In this document: positions 1 through 16,100 of the stretch, one piece after another | Numbering within the stretch: the stretch's first letter is position 1 | Layout: the number at the start of each line of letters is the position of its first letter | Source: Tubiluchus corallicola | Lineage: Eukaryota > Animalia > Priapulida | Assembly: GCA_030141605.1 (NCBI GenBank) | Contig: JAQGDQ010000103.1 | Location: forward strand, 1 to 64,000 | Direction: 5' to 3' | Length of the DNA: 64,000 nucleotides | The notes under the pieces: model-generated | Database searches by the model: none | What the model saw: the letters and a program-made list of their open reading frames with translations, nothing else | Told to the model about the DNA's origin: nothing | Translations under genes and position numbers: made by a program

Positions 1-1370
1 GCGGTTTTTGTCAAAACCAACATAAATAGCTGCAAAATTAAAGAGCTAGAAAGTCAGAACACTGACATTATTTGGCTGCTCATATATATAAACGGACGGA
101 GATTTCTTTTAGCTTCGGTTTACACCCCACCGAACGATCATGAAAGTTTTACCAGAGTAATAAACAACTTGAAAGAGGCAATGAATTATGTGCAAATTCA
201 CAATTTGTGGGGCCTTGTAGCTACTGGAGACTTTAACGCACGTTGTTTTTTGTGGGATACTTCAGATAATGCGAATGGCAAAGTGCTCAAAGATTTCATT
301 TGTGCAAATAACAGCAAAGTAACTTTTTTTGCTCCATCGTCGAGCACTTTTAGCTCCAGTACTGGTGCAAGTACAATCGATTTAATAATTTCAACTGATA
401 AAATGGCAAATATAGTGTTAAATCAATATGTGGACTGTGAGGTCGAGTTGTTTAGTGGCGCCCCCTTAATGGGACATTATCCTGTGATATCCAGCTTTAA
501 TACGTCGCAAGCAAATTTGGCAGAAAAGAAACATGTGTTCGACATTAAGGGTAGCAATTGGACAGAATGGTCACGTAACTTAGACGAGCGCTTGATGGCA
601 AACGACGTAGTCTTCAATAACTTGTTATTATCCAATGACGTCATTAGTATGTGGCACTGGTTTAGAGAAACTATTGCCGAAAGTAATATGTTGGCTCTAA
701 AACGTAAAGTTATCTGTGCTCACAGTAAACCGTTCTGGACTGCAGAGCTATCACGGTTATCAAGACTTGTTCGACTCAGCAGGAAGAAGTTCAAAAGACA
801 CTCAAGCTACGAAAATAAACTCATCTATATTACTGACAAAGAAAACTTTGATAGTGAACTTAGTAGTGCTATGAATAGATGGCTACAGAGCAAGACAGAA
901 AAACTAAATGTAGAAAAAGGTGCCATCTTCTGGAAAACATATAAACAAATTTTTAAAGGTGTAAATAGCAATAATAATAATAATAGTGTTGATATATTAA
1001 TTAGTAATGGCTCACCTGTAGTCTCGGCCTCGGATAGTGCTGATTTATTATATAAGACTTTTTTTAGTGGGGAACACATGAACGCGGAAGAATTTGATGA
1101 AAACTGGAAAAATCACATTGAACGCTCATTATCAGTTATGGACTGGGAACAAAACGAAAATTTTTGTCTAAATAACTGGTTTAATGTACAAGAATTAGAA
1201 AATGCAGTAAGTGAAGTGCGAACTGAAGGCAAGTCGCTTGACTCCGATGGGTTTCACCCAAAAATGATAAAACATTTTGGGCCAGTAGCAAAAAATATTG
1301 TATTACGTATCGCAAATATGTGCTTAGAAAATCAATTATGGCCTTGGACGTGCACGAAAGTAATTCCACT
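1..1370 (+). mobile_element. Non-LTR retrotransposon ORF2 fragment (APE endonuclease to start of RT), inverted second copy of the element at 1371-5573; runs off the window start
   Basis: 1-1370 is the reverse complement of 2400-3766 with about 10 substitutions and one AAT indel; ORF 169-1374 has APE motifs GDFNA and TIDL; homology stops abruptly at 1370. Confidence 0.95.
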
Positions 1371-5731
<4,361 letters not shown>

Positions 5732-5934
5732 ATTTGATTTGATTTAATTCTTTATTTCAAACACAAGTTCATAATTATTATAGTTTACATATATAAAACA
5801 TACAACATCATAAAAATAAAAACTAATACAAACAAATTACACAAACTTACATAAGCATAAAAACTACAGTAATAGTCTCCACCATTGCTGTGTTATGTGC
5901 GATGTAAATTTAGCATCGCTTGCTAAAATTTTCT

Positions 5935-5937
<3 letters not shown>
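5732..5937 (-). mobile_element. Probable 3' end of another non-LTR element sitting between two (GA)n tracts
   Basis: Minus strand ends AATAAAGAATTAAATCAAATCAAA (polyA signal plus short tandem tail) directly into (TC)n. Confidence 0.5.
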
Positions 5938-6005
<68 letters not shown>

Positions 6006-6187
6006 AGCGGTAAATTTTATAAGATGAGCCACTAACACAGCTGCTGCTCAAATCACATTGGGAATATTTCTGGATAATTCAGTAATTTCTTTCGCTTACT
6101 TTTGTGTTTTTTGCCTTCACATTAATTTTAAGAAATTTAGGTTGTTTTACCGAATTTAGACCCACAGATTCTTGTAACATTTTTCAG

Positions 6188-7140
6188 TGGAATCTCGTTT
6201 GTGAGAGAGAGCATATTGGCAGTCGTATCCTAGCTATCCTCGGTGTCGCTCCTATTCCAGGATTATTGATTTTTGGAGTATTAGGTGACATGTAAGTTTT
6301 CTAGTTTCAGTAGATTATTTTTAAAAGCAGAATGCCAATTTGACTACCCACACTACTAATTTGTGACAACCCGTTTTGATTTGGCAATATAGTATTACGG
6401 CGAGAGCTACTCTAAATAGATATTTTGCTCTTGAATAAAAGTAATAATCATGCCTGCAAAGCAAATTCTCTTACAGTTACGAAAATACTTTTGAAATTCA
6501 CAAAATCACCTTAAAGAAGTATTAAAAAGGAAAAAATTATATAACAGTTCACGCAAAGAAATACAATCTAATACGATCTTGGACAAATGTTTGTAAAGAA
6601 GTTCGCATACACATATGTATATACACTGGCGGCTCGTGTATAGGTACCGTGGAACTCTAGCACCTCCTATTTTCACTCGATGTTATCGATAATATTCAAT
6701 ATAAAAAGTCTTTTTAGTTCTTTCTTTATACTTGTACGGAACCAGAGCATGTGAAGGCAGTACTGTTTGCTTCACAGCCCAGCACAGTGCGCTCCAGCAA
6801 CGCAGTGTTTGGCTGTTGTGCGTATGCAGCCATACGTACGCGTGTCTGAACCCAATTAGAGAAAGTACTGTCGGTCACACAGTTTGTTGTCAGTTGCCAC
6901 GTGCTAAGCGTGAATGGATCGAGCTTGAACTGTATCGATTTAGATTACTAATAAGCAAAAAATATTTTTTGTTTAGGATTTTATCAAGTTTATATATAAA
7001 TTTTTGTATGTGCGTTTGTTTAAAATTGCAATTACAAATAACAACATTAAAATGCATATGTTTGTTTCGTTTTACACAGTATTAAAACAATGGCTAAAAA
7101 TTTCCAGAAGCAGCACCCCACTAATTCTAGCTGAGGCCCC

Positions 7141-7185
<45 letters not shown>

Positions 7186-10100
7186 GTGTGGTGTGCGTGT
7201 ACGTGCGTGCGTGTGTGCGTGTACATATTTGTCTCAGTTTTAAACAAGCTTTTTGACAGTACAAGTGAAAATTATTTAATGCAGTAAGAAGACTCATTTT
7301 GTGAGACAGTTTTGCTACGAATATGTTTTTTTGTTGTGAGGTTAAGTCATGTCATTTATTTTCACACGACACGTTTAGAACAATTTTTGGCTAATGTTTT
7401 GCGCACACTAGAAATTGGTTTGTGAAAGGATTAGGATTACGGTTAGAATTGGGTTAGGGTTAGCGTTAGGATAGGGTACTTAAATTGTGTGCAGAATTGT
7501 AAATTCGGTCCCAATTTTTATGTACAGCAATACTGTGTGAGTAGGCCTAGAACGAACGTAGCACAATTCTATTTTACTGTTTGCTTTGTGTTTGGAATAG
7601 GGAATGCCTCATACTCACGCCAGTCTAAATATAAGATTAAATGAGTAGCGCGATAACATATCTTGTTAAATTGTCGAACGCTAAGATGTTACCTAATATC
7701 TTTCAAGGTTCACAAAATAATAGCAAACAACTGCTTTATCTTCTACACTGTTATTCTAGTCAATTTCTTTAAGTTCGCCAAGTTCTTAGAGTGGGTAAAA
7801 TTTGCTTAGAGTGAGAATTTTGAGCATAAACTGACGGTGATGTTCTGTAGGTTTGGGAGGCGTTTAGAATTCATCTTAACCTTGTTGTTTCTCTCATCTG
7901 GCTTCAGCGTTGGACTGGTTTCCAGCACTTTTTCATTCACAATATTGGCATTCATAGCTGGAACAGCGGTACCTGCAGTCTATCTTGCACCTTTCCTAAT
8001 ATGTAAGTTTAGATATTTTCTGTACGTATTAATTTTGGCTAGCCTACCAAGTATTTACCCTAATGCCTTGATGGCATAGCTGTTGGCTTTAATTCTCAAG
8101 TGGCTCTTTCTCTAACGTGGCTGTATCCCTAAGCTAGTTCTAACTCTAAGGTGGCCTAACCTAAGGTGGTCCTACCCCTAAAGTGGCTCTAATCCTAAGA
8201 TGGCTTTAGCCCTAAAATGGGTCTAACCTAATATGGTTTTAACCCTAAGATCACACTTACTCTAAAATAGCTCTAACTCTAAGGTGGTTCTAACCTTAAG
8301 GTAGCTTTAACCCGAAAGTGGCTCTAACCCTAAAGTGGTTGTATCCCTAATGTGGCTCTAATACTAAAGTGGCTCTCACCCTAAAGTGGCTTTAACCCTA
8401 AGGCGGTTAACTCTAAGGTGACTCTATCCCTAAAGTGGCTCTATCCCTAAGTTGGCTCTAACCCTAAAGTGGCTCTAACCCCAAGGTGGCTGTAGTCCTA
8501 AGATGTCTCCAACATTAAGGTGGCTCTAACTCTAAAGTGGCTGTAACACTAAAGTAGCTGTAACCCTAAGGTGGTTGTAACCCTAAGGTGGCTGTAACCC
8601 TAAAATGGCTCTAATCCTAAGATGGCTCTCTCTAAGATGTCTCTAACACTAAGGTGGCTCTATCTCTAAAGTGACTGTAACACTAAAGTAGCTGTATCCC
8701 TAAGGTGGTTGTAACCCTAAGGTGGCTGTAACCCTAAAATGGCTCTAACCCTAAGATGGCTCTCTCTAAGATGGCTGTAACCTTGAGGTGGCTCTAACTC
8801 CAAGGTGGCTCTAACACTAAGGTAGCTGTAACCCTACGATGGCTCCAACCCTAAAGTGGCTCTGACCCTAAGGTGGCTCTAACTCTAAGGTGGCTCTAAC
8901 ACTAAGGTAACTGTAACCCTACGATGGCTCTAACCCTAAAGTGGCTCTAACCCTAAGGTGGCTCTAACTCTAAGGTGGTTCTAACACTAAAGTAATTGTA
9001 AGCCTACGATGGCTTCAACCTTAAGATGGCTCTAACCCTAAGGTGGCTCTAATACTAAAGTAGCTATTACCCTAACCCTAACGGCTTTCCGAATCCACCG
9101 AGACTGGCAATGGCGGTTTTTGTCACATTCGCGTGACCGAGAAATATGCCCGGTGCCGTGATAAGCATGATAATGACCTGCAGTGTGTAGAGCCCATTTT
9201 CCTGACATAACATCAGCGTTTTATAGCAATCTTCGCTTACACAAACGTGCATGACACGCAGAGAAGATGCCTACCATTACACAAACTGTGGTTAGTTTGT
9301 GACGTAAGCGATAGCTTCTTCGATTGCCGTTAATTAACTTTCCAAGCTAATTATTCAAATTTAAGAAACAACTGCTAACATTTATAGGCAAGAAAATGTA
9401 TATTTTGGACAGTGAATTAAAACGATATTGAGTTTATTCAATCGTCTGGTTTTCCTTTAATTATATTCTTATCCAGTCTGTTAAAGCTGAGTACCACAGT
9501 TTTTAGATAAACTAGTTTTATTTCTTTTTGTAGCAGTAGAAAGTTTGTCTCCAGACAGAAGGGCATGTGCATCAGTGATGATATGGATATTTTGGGCACT
9601 GGGTTACGTGCTGCTGGCGTGTGTTGCTTCCGTATTCACCTCGTGGCGACGCCTAGCGTTCGTCACCACACTTCCATGTCTAGTCTATTTACCGTATTAC
9701 TGGTGGGTTGATGGAAACATTTTATCCATGTTTTCACTTTGCTACTACTGTATTATGGTATACGGTGTTTACTCTAAATAGCAAATGTTTAGTGAATGTC
9801 TACGTGTTATGGCGGTCAAAATGCCTAGAACCTTTCTACTTCAAAAACTTACAGCAGTTGCTGTACCATGAAACCAAAGTTAATGCTCTTAAACTTTGTA
9901 GTTTGTGCTCGTACATGACCTAACATTTTGAGCTGTGAAGTACTGACGTTTGTATGATCTGGTAGGCCCTATTATTGTGTTCCAAAATCAAAAAATTGTC
10001 CCGTAAATTTTTATAAGTTGTGCCACATTGAAAATTTATTCTGAAACCACCTACAGGGTCTGCCAAAAAACAATTGGTAGGTAACCTTTTTGGATGTGAC

Positions 10101-13100
10101 CTGGAACCCGCCGGGGTAAATGTAAACAATTATTGATTTTGAAATGAAATGCTATGATCTATAGCGATTTAACTTATTTTTAGCATAGCCCATAGATGCA
10201 GCAAATTTAAAGATTTTTCTTCAGTCCAGTTTCTTACCTTTTTATTCTTTGAACAACAAGTTTGTCTATCACAATATTTGATATTTTTAATAACAATGTG
10301 GTTTAATAATAATAACAATACTCATTCACTTGTAGGTTGCTCCCAGAATCTCCTCGCTGGTACGTGACTACAGGAAGAACAGAAGAAGCCAACAAGTTAA
10401 TAAATCGAATAGCTGAGATAAATGGACGGTCTCTTACTCTTGACGATTTAGAAAAACTCAGTGTATGTAGAAAATATGTACAGTGATATGAAAAAGTATT
10501 AAGCGTTACTTGATTTGATAAAATTAAACCTAAAAAATTAGCCACTTTAGTCGTATTTAAAGCACAAGAAAACATTCTTCCTAATACTAAATAAAGCTTA
10601 AAAATTCGTCTTGAAATTTTTTATCACTCACATGCTGTCTTATTGCATAGGGAAGTTGTATTAGCTGCTTTAGCAGTAACGCTGTATAAAACTTGTAAAT
10701 TTAAACTCCCGCGATAACCGTTAGGTGCGGCAATTTTAACAATTTGTCATTTGAAACAAATTAGATAACATTGTATAAAGTTTGATAAAATAACCAGAGC
10801 ATTCGTAGCACACTCTTCGCTAACTAAGTAAAATTTTAAATTACTGTGCCTTGTCTAGAAGATCAATAGTGTGTTTCCTGGTGTATCAGCTACTGGTGTA
10901 CATTGAGATGGCGATGCAGTGCAGTGCAGGTGGTGCGAATATTTTAAATTATTAAGAATTTTCTTTTCTAATTAAGTTTTTCAAATGGGTAAGCGTAGAG
11001 CTAAGCAATTTGGCTGTGTATGGAAAGTTCTTTGGGACATACTTTAAAATTCCCTTTTGTTCCTCTTTAAAGCTTTCACAGATTTCCTGTCTCGCTGTAG
11101 ATTTGTTGATGCCGTTGTCGTTGTTGTCCTTTGCTCTGTTGTGTTATAAATAAACGTCATTTTTTCTATTGATTTGTTGGTACATATGACCCACGAAACG
11201 AGTATATGCTCATCGTTGACGCTTTAGTACGTGCAAGCAAGTTTTAAGCTAGAATGAGCCACGAGGTGAACATCTATTGGCAACACCAAAGCCCATAATA
11301 AACAAATACATGAAAAAGCCAGCCTCTAGGAATTAACATGTTGTTTATTAATGCGGACTGTCGGTTCGACAGTAACTGTTAATTTCAATGCTATAAATAA
11401 AGCCAAAACAAGTAATTAGTACAATTATAACACTACAAGTCAAAGCATACAATAATTAATCATTATACAATCAGAAAAGCGAAATTCAAATTGTCAGAAT
11501 ACAAGTGGAAATAACTTAGAAAGAGGTTCTTATGTAAAAAAAACTGTAAAGACCTATATAAAAAATCATTTTTATGTTGTCTTTATATTTCTTTACATAA
11601 GAACCTCTTTTAAGCTATTTCTACTTGTATTTGACAATTTGTATCTGACTACTTGTATCTGACAATTTGAATTTCACTTTTATAATTGTGTAATGATTAA
11701 TTATTCTACGACTTGATTTACAGAGTCATAATTGTACTAATTATTTGCCTTGGCTTGACTTATAGCATTGAAAATGACAGTTGCTGTCGAAACAATCGTC
11801 TGCGCCAATAAACAACATGTTAGTTCCCATAATAATCATTATTAGCTATTATCTGCATGTATGCGCTTTTACTGACTCCGTTTGTTTCTCTGTCATCTGA
11901 TTTGTCATAGCGTACACACGTTTTAATTTTATTTCTTCGCTGATCCATTTATGCTATCCTGTAACAATCATCATTACCGTCATTGTTGTTATCATTATCA
12001 TTATCATTGTTACAGTTTGTAGAGCTGACAAACTTTTAACTTCGTTTAAAAACACATTTATTAAAACTGATTTAAAAAGAACAAGAGCTTTTAACAAAAT
12101 AAAGCAAGAAATTTCCTCGCCATGGCGTTCTGCTAATCTGTACACTCTCTTTTTTGCTCTCCTCTGCTCCGTCTTCCTAATTTGCCCAACTAGTTCACTA
12201 ATCAAGCCATATTACATCTATGACTCAAGTACAGCTTAGTCAAGCGCAACATTCGCCCCTCGCTACCTATCTGGTGTCCTCACCAGGCTACAAATATATC
12301 AAAGAACTAAAATACTATAATATACCATATGTTAGATACAAGCGCATATCGAGGAACGTCAACACACTACAACCTACTCATTGCAACATATAGGCCTAAT
12401 GCAAATCTACAACATCTATCGAGCTTACAAAACCGTAATTACTATATAGTTTGAATAAACTGAATAACTACATAGCCTAACAAAACTATAAAGTTACAAC
12501 AAGTATTCTGATTAAGGTACTGCCAATCAATTCAGTATGATCAAGGAAAAATTACTGCCTATTCAGTAACTAGGCACTGTTCAACATGACTAATCTTAAC
12601 CTATTTTTAGCAGATAAATTGCACGAATACAATAAGTATTACAACTTGACTTCGAAATAAGAGTATGCAAGCCTGAATACACAAAATTAACTAAACCTTT
12701 CAAACTTAAAACAATGGCATGTAAGTGTGAAAACACGAATCAACCAAATTTTCCACAAGCCCATATTGATTTACTCCATCACATAGTCTTGGTATCTAAC
12801 AGGTGGTCTTATGGGTCGACCTGCTCTAGAATGTACATTTGGTTGATCTCCACAACGATAGGTTCTGCGGGAATATCACGCTCCAACTCATCATCACTAG
12901 AACTGAAATCACTACTGTCTATATCACCCACTAGAGATTGAACTTCTTCATTGGCATCATCTTCACACAAATTTGCCTTTTCCAACAGTTGATCGTCAAC
13001 TGATCTTCGCTTAAAGTCTAGTTTTGTGTTGTTCTTAGAAACTAACTTCAGATTATGGCCATGAACCCACGTTGAATATCTTGCACACGGTAGTCAGGTG

Positions 13101-16100
13101 GACGAGCTTCCACAACACGAAACGGGCCTTCAAAGCGACGAGAAAGCTTCCTCTTGGCACTACTGCGAGATTTGAAGTCCACTACCACTATTAAATCACC
13201 TTCATTAAAGGACCCTCGTGGCTGGCCTTGAGCTCTCGACCGATTCTGATAATCACGAATATTCTGCTTGGCTTTTTCACATGTGGCAACCAAGTTTTCA
13301 GTCAGCTTTACATTATAGCTTTTGAAGTCAGTTACTACAGACAATTCTTGACCCTCGTTTCTGACTATTTCACTCTCTAGTGGCTGTCTGGCTACTTTCC
13401 CAAATACTAGATCATACGGGCTATACCAGTAGTTGAATGGACTGATGTGTTGTATGCAAAAGCAATCATCGGCAAGAACATGTGCCAGTCATCTTTGGCA
13501 TTGTTCACATAGTGTGTCAGAGCTTCACAAATGGTAGAGTTTACTCTCTCGCACTGCCCATTTGTCTGAGGTCTATGGGGTGATGTGCGAAGCTTTTTGA
13601 TTCCTAGTCTCTCACAAAGTTGCTTTACCAACTGCGCTTCAAAGTTTGCACCTTGATCTGTAAGTAAAGTCTTAGAGATACCATATCATCCAAAGAACTC
13701 AATAAAACACTCAACAATACTTTCTGTTGTCTGGCGGACTAGCGGAAATAGCTCTACATGTTTGCTGAACAAGTCGGTTACGACTAAAATATACTGTTGG
13801 CCTCGAGAATTCCGGTTGAGCTTCAAGATATCAGCACTGATCTGCTCAAACTTATCTCCAAAAACTTCAATGGTGCCTTGTGATTCTTTCACTGGCTGTG
13901 CATTACGCTTCACACAAATGCAACTAAAGCATGACTTGATGTACTTCCTGACATCTTCCTTCAAGTTATACCAATAATACAACTTGGTTAACTTATCAAC
14001 TGTACGACGAATTCCAAAATGTCCAGAAAAGGGGCTGTCATGAGCTAATTTCAACACTTTCTAACGCATTGACAATGGTATCAGTTTTTGGCTAATTAGG
14101 TGACCATCTGTCTGTCGTAAAATTTCTCCATCTCTCACTGAAAGTTTAGATTTCTTCACTGGATGCAAATAAAATTTCAATTCAGCCGACTGCTGATCTT
14201 GGGAAGGCCCAGGTTGCTTTCCTGACAAAATATCACGAAGCAAACAAAGATCTTTGTCACTGCCAGTGGCTTCGGCAAGAGATACATCATTAGTGTGGAT
14301 ATGTCTGATTCTGCTCAGTGCATCTACATGTGGTATCTGATCTCCAGATCTGTGTCTTACTTCAAAATCAAACTGGTCTAACCACAAAACCCACCTAGCT
14401 AGGCGACCACTGGGATCTTTAAGTTTTCGTAGCCAAAGCAAGGATCTATGATCGGTGACTAGGACGAATCTCTTCCACACAAGATAATGCTGAAACTTTT
14501 TGACTCCATTAATCACTGCTAAGAACTCTTGTTCAGTAGTCGTGTAATTTTTCTCTGCATCACTAAATTTCCCTGATGCATAGTACACTGGGTGCTCTTG
14601 CTTACCATGGCCCTGAGATAGTACCGCACCCCATCCAGTCTTACTGGCATCTGTAGTCAATATAAATGGCTGACTGAGATCCGGATGACGAAGAATTTCG
14701 GTACTTGTTAGTTGTCTTTTCAATTGCTGGAATGCTTGCTCACATTCTGGTGACCACAGGAATTGAACATCTTTCTTTGTCAAGTTCGACAGAGGACTAG
14801 CTATAGAGGCAAAACCAGGAACAAAATGTCGATAGTAACTGCAAAACCCCAAGAACTGTCGTATTTCATGGGCATTCTTCGGCTGCTGCCAAGATTCTAC
14901 TACTCTGGCTTTCTTATTTTGTGGCATTATTCCTTTATGACTTAGACGATGACCCAAAAATTCGATTTCAGTTTGTGCCAAAGCACACTTCTCTGGATTT
15001 AGTTTTAGTCTTGACATCTCTATACGACTAAGAACTTCACGAAGATCACTTATGTGCTGTTCAAAGGTAGAACTAAATACTAAAATGTCATCAAGATATA
15101 CTAACACGGTTTTCCACTGAAGACCATGGAATATGTTCAGCACAAGTTGTTGAAATGTGGCCGGGGCCTCTGACAGACCAAACGGCAATACATTAAACTC
15201 GTAGGTACCATTTTCTGTAATAAATGCTGTTTTAGCACGAGAACTTGGATCCACTTCCACCTGCCAATAGGCTGCACTCTGATCAAGGCTGGTAAACCAT
15301 TTCGCACCCTGTACACTAGCTAAAAGCTCATCTATTCTTGGTAATGGAAATGTCGACCGCTCTGTCACTACATTCAAAGGACGATAATCTACACAAAATC
15401 TATACTTCCCATTTTCTTTTCTCACTAAAATAATTGGGCTCGACCAAGGTGATTCACTATCTCGTATTATATGACGTTTCTTCATGTCCCTAATCTGATC
15501 CGCTACAATGTCTCTCAGGTGAACCGGAGTTCGGTATGGTTTTTGCTTAATCGGTGGACCACTAGTCTCTATATGGTGCTGTACAATATCTACTCTACCG
15601 ATTTCACCATCTACTGAAAACACTGTAGGAAACTCTTCTAACAATTCAGTGATCTTCTGTTTCTGTGAATCATTGAGATGATCCAACCTTAATTTAGTCT
15701 CTAACTTGGATTTCTGACTATGAGCACTAGGTGATTCTGCTAGAATTGGGACATCTTGACTGCAAACACCAACTTCAATTTCACCTAGAATTTCGCCAGC
15801 TCTGATCACTACTGGTTCTTCAGATAAGTTTACTAGACGTACTGGCAGTGTTTCTGATTTAGCATCAACACAAGTTCTTGCAATGCAGACACCTTGAAAC
15901 TGTTGTGCACTAGCTGGCTCGATGTACGTGACTTGGGTACGCCGTGTTACAAAGTTTCCAATAGGTGGCAATGTCGGCAAAACCATTTCTGACTCAGGTG
16001 GAATAACTGTAGTTTGCGAACAACGCACAACTGCCTTACCACTGTATGTTGTAACGTTCTGACCAGCTAATGTGCATATTCCTCGTTTATAGTCGATGAC

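Noticed and set aside
11954-12205. Duplicated small ORFs (also 17322-17549)
   Set aside because: They lie within the LTRs, with non-ATG starts; no evidence of coding.
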